This document shows, piece by piece, positions 19,513 through 29,600 of a DNA stretch of 64,000 bases. The position numbers and the translations under genes are program-made. How positions within the stretch are numbered: position 1 is the stretch's first letter; the number at the start of each line of letters is the position of its first letter. The notes below the pieces were generated by a model. It did no database searches, was not told where the DNA came from, and saw nothing but the letters and a program-made list of their open reading frames with translations. The DNA is from a virus: positions 1-64,000 of the IMG/VR virus record IMGVR_UViG_3300017956_000007; one strand, given 5' to 3'.

Positions 19513-22500
19513 TTAAGATTTAATTTCTATGGTTATCTCTACATCATTAAAAGGAGTTTTTGGTTCAAAAAGTAATTTTCCTTCTAATGATGTAGTGCCA
19601 CTGTATAAAAAGTTTTGAGTACCTATACCATCTTCTAATAATAATTCTCCAGTATCATTAATCGATGACACGACATGCATATGATTATTTGAACCGTCAT
19701 AAGGTAAATTCAGATGTAATATGTCTCCTTTTTCTTCAAGATCCAAATTTCTTGTCGATTGCAATCTAAATGTTTGATTATTGCTACCATTACCTAACGG
19801 AACACTTAAAACTAATTCTTGATTCTGTATTGTAGTATCTTCGGTTATCATTCTATCAAAAATGCTATTTTCAAGTAATAAATCAGAATCATCATTCTCT
19901 AATTTTATAACACTAAAATCAATTATATCAACAATTTTTGCAATTTTATCATCTTTGGAAGAAAGAGAAATGATATCGTTTACCGTTAAATCTTTATGGA
20001 ATCTAGTATTTATACCTTTTAGCGTGGTTATTCCATCATTTAAACCATTCGCAGTTGTATATCCTCTTACTGTTTGTTCCAATATCAAAAATGATTCAAA
20101 TTGTTTTTTATCATAATTTGTTTCAGAAGGATTTAAACTTTCTAAAGAAAAATATACAGTGCTTGTATCATCTTCTAAAATAATAGGAACATTATTGTAA
20201 AAATTTTCCGTTATTAAATTAAAACTACCTTCTGCCTCAGAATCAACTCTAGTTTTAGTTGATACACAAGATGAATTTATAATTGATACTATTTCTACTT
20301 CTTGGTCATTGTTAGTTAAAGTTATAATATCTCCGATTTCAAAATCATTTTGGAAATCAGAAGATAAAACATTATATAAATTTGCCGTGGAAAAATCAGG
20401 AATTATATCATCATCAATATTGAAACGAACAGAAATTTCAAAAGTTTTTTGATCTATAATATTTTCTATCAAATATTCATTATCATAAAACCTAAATTTC
20501 TGTCCTCCAAAAACAGTATATAATGGGGAATTTTGAATTAAAACCGTATCATAGTTTTTTAAATTGTGATTTATTTCTGTTTCAATTTTTATAGTTCGCA
20601 AAGAATAATCCAAATTTTTCACTTTTGGTAATGGATAATTATAACTATTGGAAAACATCAAATTAGAAGTATAATTTATTATTCCTGCGGTTATATTATT
20701 TGTATAGACATTAGTGTTTAAATCAAATCCAGTATTACTATTTAAGGTGTGAGTTAATAATTGTATATTATTATCTTGATCAACAGTTATTTTACTGATT
20801 ATAGATCTATACTCTTTACCATCGGATAATCTTTGATAGAGTGGATCATTTAATTTAAATTGATTAAAATTACTTTCTCGATAAAAATAAGTTTCTAGTC
20901 CTATTAAAGAGTATCCGTCTTCCATGACCAAATTATCATAATTTTCTAAAACAAATAAATTTTGTTTGGTATATGCAACAGGATTACTCAGTGTTAATAA
21001 ACTAATTGTATTTTGACTATCCGTAGTTATTTTGCCATAATAATTATGTTCTAACTTTAATTCCCCAAAAGATGTTTTGAATTTTTGCTCATTATCAATT
21101 ATAATGCTGTTATTAGCATCATAATCATCATTCAATTTTTTAATTGTACTCGTAGCAGATATTATATTATTTCCGCCCTGAACTCTAACTAAAGTACCCG
21201 ATCCATAATCACTAACATTTTTTCTTACCAAATAATTTATTTGATGATTAGGTTCAAAATAGGATTCGGCAATAATTTTTTTGACATCTTGATTTTCTAA
21301 TAATATTCCTGATCCATCTTCAAATGTTAAATAATTATCAAAACTAAAATTAATATCATCAGTTGGTATCACATACTCACCAAACATTTTTGTGCCTGCA
21401 GGATGTATTAATTTTTTCAATAGTTGTTCATATTCCGCAAACTGTATTTTATTTTTCAATACATACGAAAAATCTTGATAATAATAACCATCATATATTT
21501 TTTTGTTATAACTTAAAAAACCATTTTCATCAAGATACTTGCCTGAGGTATTTGCTATAGTTCCTATATTTGCAGTCAATATAGCATTACCATCTCCTAT
21601 TAAATTTGCAGAAACAATTGGATTCGTAGTATAACCTGCACCAGGATTAGTTATCTCTATTTCTCCAATTGCACCTGCATCATTTTCCTTCGCAGAACCA
21701 ACAATTCTAGCATTTTCCCCTTTATCTAAATTTATTGAGAAAACAGATCCGGAATTTGTCACATAAGCTTGTGCTCCACTATTATATCCAACAATAAAAT
21801 CATTTTCTGAAAAATCTACTGTAGAAATCAAAAATCTATCAGAAACATCATGATTATATGGTATTGTAAATTTTACGTAAATACCTTCATGAAAAAATAA
21901 ACTTCCTGTGACTGGTGTTGTAGCATTCTCATCTATTTCGTATTGAAATGCGTAATCATTTAAAACAACAATTTGATTTTCTCCATTATAAGAATTATCA
22001 ACTGAACCAACTACATTTACATTAATTCCTGTTGTTAAACCATGCTTGTATAGGGTTGTAGCAATTGCTTTATTGCCATCTTTTTCTATCGATTCTATAG
22101 GAAAATCTAGTCTTTGCCAATCGGCAGTCATCGATATTGGATCTGAGATGTAATCTATGTCGGTAAGATTATCCGCTATATCAATGTTTTTATCATTTGC
22201 AACTAGTCCTCTTCTAATTTTGAATTGATTAGGACCTGTTCCTTTGCCTCCTTCAGTCACCAATAAATCATATATGGTTGGATTACTAGGATTGATGTAA
22301 CTAGAATTATTAACCGTCAAGTCATTAGATCCTAATCCGTAAGTTCCCAAATATTCAGAATTTTTCATTCGCATTCTGAAGGGACTAAAATCTAACTTTT
22401 CCCCGTCATATACTAACCCTAAAAATGTACCTATTTTACTGCCGCCATTGCTGGTAATCGAATATATTCTTTCTCCTGGCGTGAAAGAACCTGTTATAGA

Positions 22501-24024
22501 AGGAGTAAATACTGATGAATCAGGATCTTTGTTTAAATTTAAGATCAATACACCACTATCTTCTGGAATTTTTACGGTTATTCGGTCAGTTGCGGTAATT
22601 TTGGGCAATGCCTGATATCTCGAACCAATAACTAAAGTTTTGATGGAAGATATTGTCCCCGAATTTAATTTTCTGAAACCAAAAGCATCTACTAATCTAT
22701 CGTAATGACCAGCATTTGGATCTCCTGATAAGCCATATTTTGATGCCGAAAGTCTTACGCCTGCAAAATCAAAAATGATGTCATTATTAAATGAAAAAGT
22801 GTAAGAATTAGTTATAGAATTAATTCTACCGGCAAAACCTGATCCTTGTGTTCCAAAATTGTTCACCGTTAAAATTGAATCTGTTGTATAACCATCACCT
22901 CCATCTAATATATCAAAATCTGTTAAAATTCCTGATGCTACATCCTTAACTCTAGCGGTTGCTTCTAACCCTCCTCCTCCTGTTATGGTTAATAAGTCTC
23001 CAACACTATAATTAGTTCCAGGACTTATTATGTTTACCTTATTGAGAACACCATAAGTAGTACCTTGTGAAAATTGGTCATCGACAACATTTGTTTTTAC
23101 AACTTCTCCTATGACAAATCTTCCTGATAAATTTTTTAAATATAATTCTGTTATTGTTAAATTTCCAATGGCAAATCTATCAACCCTATCTATCACAGCA
23201 CTAGCTAAACTTTTAACTCCTGTTATAAGTCTGCCCTCAAAATCTGTTAAATCATTGCTTGTTTCAATTCTAAGTATACTGTCAGATGTCCAATCACCCG
23301 ATGAAAGTTTAAATATGTCTTCTTTGGGGGTGTAAAAAACTAAATTTTGCTCGTTATATAATGATTTGAATAAAAAATCAAATGTGACATTTGTGCCTTT
23401 TGATCTATAAACTTCAATGATGTGTTTAATAACGTTTGATTTATCTGCTTCTATGTTTAAATCAAAATTGTGTAAAAATGTTTTAAATAAAATATCTATA
23501 AAATTTGTTGTTGATGTATTCAAGTCTATATTTTTCAATAAAGATCTTGATGCAAAAATTGGATTTTTAAAAAAAGAATTTACGTTTGCTTCAACTCTTG
23601 ATGTTTGTCCTTTGATTACCTCATTTTGTATGAAATCAACTCTTGTTAAATCTTTTACGTAAATTTTATCATTAGATATGAAAGTATCTCTATCAATAGT
23701 TGCGGTCGCACCTGATTCTTGTCCAACTATTTGCTCACCTTGAATAAAACCGCTAAGATTATTTCTTCCACTTTCTAATATCAATACAAAATCATCTTCT
23801 GTCAATAAACTATCTTCACCATTTTCAATATAAAATTTAAATTCAAATTGAGTAACATTTTCAACGGTTAATTCATGCAATTCCATCCACTTATAGTACG
23901 TTTTGATGAAATTACTGAATTCTGGTCCTTCTTCTAAAATAAAAGAAGGTAACTGATTTTCTATTAAATTGGAGATTCTTTTTTCTATTAAAAGATTTTC
24001 AGAATCGTTTAAAAATATACCCAT
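19513..24024 (-). CDS. gp7: Baseplate wedge initiator gp7-like (1503 aa)
   Basis: QLPSFI.E..P.F..FIKTYYKWME, YRSKGT...FLFKSLY, GFLS...IYDGYYYQDFSYVLK, LIHPAGTKMFGE; lies between gp6 and gp8. Confidence 0.85.
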   Translation of the reverse strand: MGIFLNDSENLLIEKRISNLIENQLPSFILEEGPEFSNFIKTYYKWMELHELTVENVTQFEFKFYIENGEDSLLTEDDFVLILESGRNNLSGFIQGEQIVGQESGATATIDRDTFISNDKIYVKDLTRVDFIQNEVIKGQTSRVEANVNSFFKNPIFASRSLLKNIDLNTSTTNFIDILFKTFLHNFDLNIEADKSNVIKHIIEVYRSKGTNVTFDFLFKSLYNEQNLVFYTPKEDIFKLSSGDWTSDSILRIETSNDLTDFEGRLITGVKSLASAVIDRVDRFAIGNLTITELYLKNLSGRFVIGEVVKTNVVDDQFSQGTTYGVLNKVNIISPGTNYSVGDLLTITGGGGLEATARVKDVASGILTDFDILDGGDGYTTDSILTVNNFGTQGSGFAGRINSITNSYTFSFNNDIIFDFAGVRLSASKYGLSGDPNAGHYDRLVDAFGFRKLNSGTISSIKTLVIGSRYQALPKITATDRITVKIPEDSGVLILNLNKDPDSSVFTPSITGSFTPGERIYSITSNGGSKIGTFLGLVYDGEKLDFSPFRMRMKNSEYLGTYGLGSNDLTVNNSSYINPSNPTIYDLLVTEGGKGTGPNQFKIRRGLVANDKNIDIADNLTDIDYISDPISMTADWQRLDFPIESIEKDGNKAIATTLYKHGLTTGINVNVVGSVDNSYNGENQIVVLNDYAFQYEIDENATTPVTGSLFFHEGIYVKFTIPYNHDVSDRFLISTVDFSENDFIVGYNSGAQAYVTNSGSVFSINLDKGENARIVGSAKENDAGAIGEIEITNPGAGYTTNPIVSANLIGDGNAILTANIGTIANTSGKYLDENGFLSYNKKIYDGYYYQDFSYVLKNKIQFAEYEQLLKKLIHPAGTKMFGEYVIPTDDINFSFDNYLTFEDGSGILLENQDVKKIIAESYFEPNHQINYLVRKNVSDYGSGTLVRVQGGNNIISATSTIKKLNDDYDANNSIIIDNEQKFKTSFGELKLEHNYYGKITTDSQNTISLLTLSNPVAYTKQNLFVLENYDNLVMEDGYSLIGLETYFYRESNFNQFKLNDPLYQRLSDGKEYRSIISKITVDQDNNIQLLTHTLNSNTGFDLNTNVYTNNITAGIINYTSNLMFSNSYNYPLPKVKNLDYSLRTIKIETEINHNLKNYDTVLIQNSPLYTVFGGQKFRFYDNEYLIENIIDQKTFEISVRFNIDDDIIPDFSTANLYNVLSSDFQNDFEIGDIITLTNNDQEVEIVSIINSSCVSTKTRVDSEAEGSFNLITENFYNNVPIILEDDTSTVYFSLESLNPSETNYDKKQFESFLILEQTVRGYTTANGLNDGITTLKGINTRFHKDLTVNDIISLSSKDDKIAKIVDIIDFSVIKLENDDSDLLLENSIFDRMITEDTTIQNQELVLSVPLGNGSNNQTFRLQSTRNLDLEEKGDILHLNLPYDGSNNHMHVVSSINDTGELLLEDGIGTQNFLYSGTTSLEGKLLFEPKTPFNDVEITIEIKS

Positions 24025-24029
24025 ATTTT

Positions 24030-25847
24030 TTAATTATTTGTAGTTAATGTGGAAGATATATCACTCATTTCAACCGTTACATTATTTTCCTTAATTATCA
24101 GTATTTGCTCATTTTTCGTATTGATATCATAAGAATCGGGCATTACAAAAATATCTAATGTAGTTCCAGTTATAGAACTTGGATTAAAATTATTTAATGT
24201 CATAATTCCAGTATCTAAATCGATAGATCCTATATTTGCTTTTCTAATTATTCTTTCCCCATCTATAAAATTATAAACTCTTAAAACATTACCATCATTA
24301 TCTATTCTACAATTTTCTCTAAAAACATTTATATCATCTACAATAGAAAAATACGATGATGTAACTGATCCGACAAAACCTGAATAAGGATAATATAACG
24401 GATTATTAAATAAAATTGAATAATTTATTTCTGAACCTAAAATGGGATTTAATTCCTTTTTTAATAGTATTTTAGTATCATTACCTATTATGGATGAATC
24501 AGTATTATCGATACTTCTCTGTAAAGACGATATAACAAATGAATTTTCAAAAGATTCAAGATTTGATGATGAATAATTGACAATGGATTGTGTGATTAAT
24601 CTTTTTATGGTATCTGAACTTCTATTTGTCAAAGTTGAATTAAATTTAACTTTTGCATTAACTAAAACATCAAGATAATCTATATCTACAAATTCGGGTG
24701 TTATGGATGCTACATTATATTTTTTTAATATATCATTTTTTATTCTTTGTTTAACTGAAGTAGATAAATTTATTCCTAATTTAGGTCGAATTCCCACAAA
24801 AACTTTACCAAATTGCGGAGGATATGCATCTTCCCCACCAAAAACTACAACAGATTGAGCCCCAGGATAATCTCTATAAATTAAAGATTTATAATCGTCT
24901 AATGTTACTGCTCTATTTTGAGTAGAATATTGTCTAGGAGCATTGAATCTAATAGAATCCAAAGATTCTTCATCATTTCCTCCATTAGAATTACTATTAG
25001 TTGTAATTATAACATTATCATATCCTGCTATTGATCCGATAGAAAAAAATGAATTTGCACCATTACCTAAAACTCCTGAACAAACATTATAATCGACTAT
25101 GACAATATTACCTGTTTTCGGTTTTCTACCCAAAACATTATCTCCAAATATTATTTCCTGATAAAAATCTGTCGTATCTTCTACAAAATACACATTTGAT
25201 GTATTTTTTATTTCCAATATATCATCAGCTAAAGTATACTTAGATCTTTTGGTTTCTATGGATGATTCTTGAACATAAACTTCTATTGAAGAACTGTCAA
25301 TACCTCTATTTGGTAATATAAATCTTTGAGTAGTATCAGAAGTATCAACGGTAAATCTATAAGTTAAAGGTTCTCCTTCTTTTACCGATACATTAGACAC
25401 AAAAATTGTAGAATTTAAAGTAGGATTAGAAACAGTATATGCGGTATTTGTACAAAATGTATAATTTATACCATTTATTGTAGAAAAGATTTTTGTATTT
25501 TTAGGAACTGTTAAACTATTGACATTAGTTTCAGTAGAGAATACTAAATTAACATTTGCAGTTGCACCTGTCCTAGATCTAGGTTTATATCCAATTTGTT
25601 TTGACAATGAAATTAAAGATGATCTTAGCACTGCCGAGTCCAAAAACATCTCATTGGCAACCATATTCAAATAAAAAGAATTATAATGTGTATTGTATGC
25701 TAAAATATCCAACAATGAATTAATTGTTGAACCTTCATAATCAAAATCTCTAAAATAATCTTGAGATTTTAAATATTTTTTAAAATTATTTTTAATTTCA
25801 TTGAAATCTAATTCGGAAACTCTTAATTTTGATGCTTCATTCATCAT
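24030..25847 (-). CDS. gp6: Baseplate wedge subunit gp6
   Basis: ELDFNEIKNNF, DFDYEGS..LLDILAYNTHYNSFY.NM..NEMFLDSA, QNRAVTLDDY, GGEDAYPPQFGKVF. Confidence 0.95.
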   Translation of the reverse strand: MMNEASKLRVSELDFNEIKNNFKKYLKSQDYFRDFDYEGSTINSLLDILAYNTHYNSFYLNMVANEMFLDSAVLRSSLISLSKQIGYKPRSRTGATANVNLVFSTETNVNSLTVPKNTKIFSTINGINYTFCTNTAYTVSNPTLNSTIFVSNVSVKEGEPLTYRFTVDTSDTTQRFILPNRGIDSSSIEVYVQESSIETKRSKYTLADDILEIKNTSNVYFVEDTTDFYQEIIFGDNVLGRKPKTGNIVIVDYNVCSGVLGNGANSFFSIGSIAGYDNVIITTNSNSNGGNDEESLDSIRFNAPRQYSTQNRAVTLDDYKSLIYRDYPGAQSVVVFGGEDAYPPQFGKVFVGIRPKLGINLSTSVKQRIKNDILKKYNVASITPEFVDIDYLDVLVNAKVKFNSTLTNRSSDTIKRLITQSIVNYSSSNLESFENSFVISSLQRSIDNTDSSIIGNDTKILLKKELNPILGSEINYSILFNNPLYYPYSGFVGSVTSSYFSIVDDINVFRENCRIDNDGNVLRVYNFIDGERIIRKANIGSIDLDTGIMTLNNFNPSSITGTTLDIFVMPDSYDINTKNEQILIIKENNVTVEMSDISSTLTTNN

Positions 25848-26326
25848 TAGCCTCTTGTTGACTGTAAAAATGTATCTATTTGTTGTACAATATTAGTATT
25901 TTTAAGTGAATAAGTAATAACAACGTCATATCCATCTTCATCTTGTCTGGCTGTCACTGATACTGATATTAAATTAACTCTTGGTTCGTAATTATCTATT
26001 ACATTTGTTATAGAATCTTCCAAAATTCTTTCGCTAATAAAATCGACTGGTTCAAATAATAGTTGTTTAATATTACTGCCTATATTTGGTCTAAATAATT
26101 TTTCGTAAAAATCTGTCAATAACAATGATTTTATCGATTGTTTAACAGAGTTTTCTCCTTTTTTTACAACTAAATCCGTATTGGTAGAATTAGTTACAAA
26201 AATAATATCTAGATCTAAAGATTCGGATCTTCTTATTCTTTCGTTTATAATTTGTCGACCAACATCATCATACTCATAGATATATAAGGAATCATAATAA
26301 TCTGTTTGTTGAGAATTATTAGCCAT
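25847..26326 (-). CDS. gp25: Baseplate wedge subunit gp25
   Basis: SVKQSIKSLLLT.FYEK.FRPNIGS....LLFEP, NYEPRV; directly upstream of gp6. Confidence 0.92.
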   Translation of the reverse strand: MANNSQQTDYYDSLYIYEYDDVGRQIINERIRRSESLDLDIIFVTNSTNTDLVVKKGENSVKQSIKSLLLTDFYEKLFRPNIGSNIKQLLFEPVDFISERILEDSITNVIDNYEPRVNLISVSVTARQDEDGYDVVITYSLKNTNIVQQIDTFLQSTRG

Positions 26327-26336
26327 TAAATTACTT

Positions 26337-26669
26337 TCAAATTACTGTTGTACTAGCACTAAATGACAATTGTTGCACATTTAGAGGAGGTATTACAGGA
26401 ACAGGAGTAGGTGCTCCTAATGCTGGTATTGTAACAGTTAATGTTCCTGTCGCACTACCGGTTGATAAATTAACATTTCCGGGATAGAATAATTCTACCT
26501 GTAATTTAGAAGCAAATACTCCAATTGCAGTTGCAATATCATTTGCTAATTCTTCTTTTGCTGTCGGACTAGGGTTCAATTCTGCTTTGTCTAATGCAAA
26601 TTTTATTGATGATGCTAAAGTCGCTGTGTCTATCAATTCAAATCTCCTATTTTGTTGTGAATTTTGCAT
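26337..26669 (-). CDS. Hypothetical baseplate-region protein (possible spike-associated protein)
   Basis: LASSIK.A...EELANDIATAI helical motif followed by a G/T/P-rich beta segment; lies between gp5 and gp25. Confidence 0.5.
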   Translation of the reverse strand: MQNSQQNRRFELIDTATLASSIKFALDKAELNPSPTAKEELANDIATAIGVFASKLQVELFYPGNVNLSTGSATGTLTVTIPALGAPTPVPVIPPLNVQQLSFSASTTVI

Positions 26670-29600
26670 ATGTATAGGATTTATCTAAAATCACTCCATA
26701 TGGATTTTCAACAGTATCATTATTATTTATTCGCAAATAATAGTCGGTTAATGTTGTAAGTTCAGAATCAGGTATAAAAACAATTCTATTTTTATGAATA
26801 TCATATATCGTCACTGTTCCTGTGATAAAATTACTTTGAAAATTTGGATCCGTAGATAATTCGAAAGAATTATTTTGTCCTATAGTAAAACTAGATAATG
26901 AAACGGTCTCGTTAAAAATAATTTGTATTAAGGGAATTAATGAAATGTCTGTTATACTATTATCTTGATTTGAATCATATTCCAATAAATTTACATTATC
27001 TATTATTAATTTTAAAATTTTAAAATCATCAGTTGTTGAAACTTTAAAAGTATAATTATGAATTAATATTTCAGTTTCCGAAGTTTGTGATGAATTTGTT
27101 GTGTAAGGAAGTGTTCCTCCTTTAGTTTTAGCGGTTCCTCTAGTACCAAAATATATGAAACTATTTTGAGATAATTGCAGATCATCATTCTTCATCAATA
27201 ATGACAATTTAAAAAAAGTATCATTATTTGAACTAGTTATATAAGGACTAAATGGTATGCAATTAGAAAAATTTGAATCATAAGATAGTATTAAATTGTC
27301 AGTACTTTGAATATTCTGATTATTTTTATTTGTGTTGAATGAGAGAGAATCAACATTCATTGTTTGATCAAAAGCAAAATGGATATCTGTCGTTGGCGAA
27401 ATATTTTCTTGATTTGAACTAAAATTTGTTACAAGTTGATCACTAATATTAGTGGCATAAAATTTAACTAAATTTGGTTCGGTTTTTGTATTAAAACCAG
27501 GTAATGTTGGTTCTGATGGATCACTTGTTTTTCCAATACCCTTACTCGTATATCCATAAATTCTATCGTTTGCTCTAGCAAAAGTCACATCAGTATATTT
27601 TTCTCGATATATTAATCTACTTTCATTTTCTATAAATTCTATTACAGTTCCTTCAGGAGCTTTACCAATAGCAGTATAATCTACGGAAAATCTATATGTT
27701 TGTTCATTTTCCTCAAATCCACATATTTCACCGGGAGCTATATCAATAATGTATTTACCAGATTCAATTGGAGTGTAGTCAATGTATGATAAATCTCCTT
27801 GTTCATCTAAACCATATTGATATACCTTTCCTCTACCTCCAGTGGTAAATCCATAAAAAACTTTTCCACTTGTTAGTCCGTCTATCTGAAAATTCTGATT
27901 TATCAAATTCAATGCTGATCTAACGAACAATCTCTTAGTACCTCTGATAGTCTCTCCAGAAACATAGTAATTTTCAACATCATCTGGAATAGTTTGCAAA
28001 ACCAATGATTTTATATCACTAATTTTTTGTTCTTCCAAATAATTTTTATTTAATGCTTTATCGCCTACTTTTTTTGTAATTTTTAATTTATAATTTGAAT
28101 TTGACGATAACTTTGTTAAAGGCTTAAATGAAAATGTGTCCGATTCTTCGATAGTTTTTAGAACTACAGGTGATTCCATTTGAACAACCGTATTAAAATC
28201 ATCACACGATAATTGTATTGTTCCAGAAGGTCTTGTGGATTCAGTGTTAACTGTGATAGTTGTAGGATCTATAGATTCATCAAACATAATAAGTATAGAT
28301 TCACCATTTAAATCCAATTCAACATCTTCATATGTGGTAGGATCAGATATTTGAGATATTGTCCTGCTATCTAAGATTTTTTGATAAAGCACACTACTTG
28401 AATTACTGTCGGAAAAATATATTTTTTTCACTGTAGGAGGTGTGGTATCTAATTCATAGATAGGAATTTCTGAAGGTTCATTAGTTGTCGTATCAGATTC
28501 AACAGGCCTAAAACCAGTAGTAATTGGTTCTGTGGTTTGAAAATTATAAGTCATAGTAGTTCCACCCAAATCAGAAACATCGGATTTAACTTTTAAATAA
28601 TAGTTTGTATATTTTTCAATTGTGCTAGGTGTCAAGATGAATTGTGAATTTCCTGTGTTTGATGTCACACTGTCAAAATCAACTAAAGACAGTAAATCAA
28701 AATTGTCATTTGATTTTGACAATTGAATTGTGCTACTTAATTTTGTTAAATTTTCAGAAAAAGGAATAATGACACCATTTGAACATATTAAATGTGAAGA
28801 GTTTGATACAGTTATAGTAGAAGTATTCATTGATTGACTGAAATTGATTTGAATAATTCCTACCTTCTCTTGATAATTATCGACATCATTTAAATTTTCA
28901 GATGTTTCTTCAATACCAGTTAAAAAATATAAAAGTTCTGTTCGTTGAGTGCTAAGTACAGGAGAATTTTCATTTATTGTTTTAGTAATTAGATATCTAA
29001 ATGAATATTCATCTAAAATTTCAGACACTAAAAAAGGACCAGTAAAAATCGTGTCAATTTTTCCATCAATGTAAATTTTATCTCCGATAGACAAAGTATG
29101 CTTTAAATTTGTTGTAACTGAAGCAGTTGAATCGTTTCTACTAATTTCGGAGATTTTAATTTTACTCGTTGTTGATTGGCCTTCTGATGGATAAATTTGT
29201 GTAATTTCTGGTGCCGAAGTATTAAAAGGATGAACATTATGATTTGGATAGGTATTTGCTTTAATGTGACATAATAATTTTTCTTGGCCATTTGATATTT
29301 CTAGAATTGAATTATTTACAAAATTATCTGTTATAATTTGATTATCAGAATTCACGCAAACATAATTTATAACATCTTCATCTTTTTTTATTATGCGCCC
29401 TAACATAACATCATTATCAGGAGAAATTGATGCTCCTCCATTCGGATTAGCATACAATAAAGTTTTCATCGATGAATTCAAATTGATATCATCTCTAAAT
29501 CGTATGTGATTTTGAAATGTTGTTGCTTTTTTTAGTGTTACTTTTTTCTGACCGTCAATAGTTTTAACATTAACTATATCTTGATTTTTAGACAACATCG

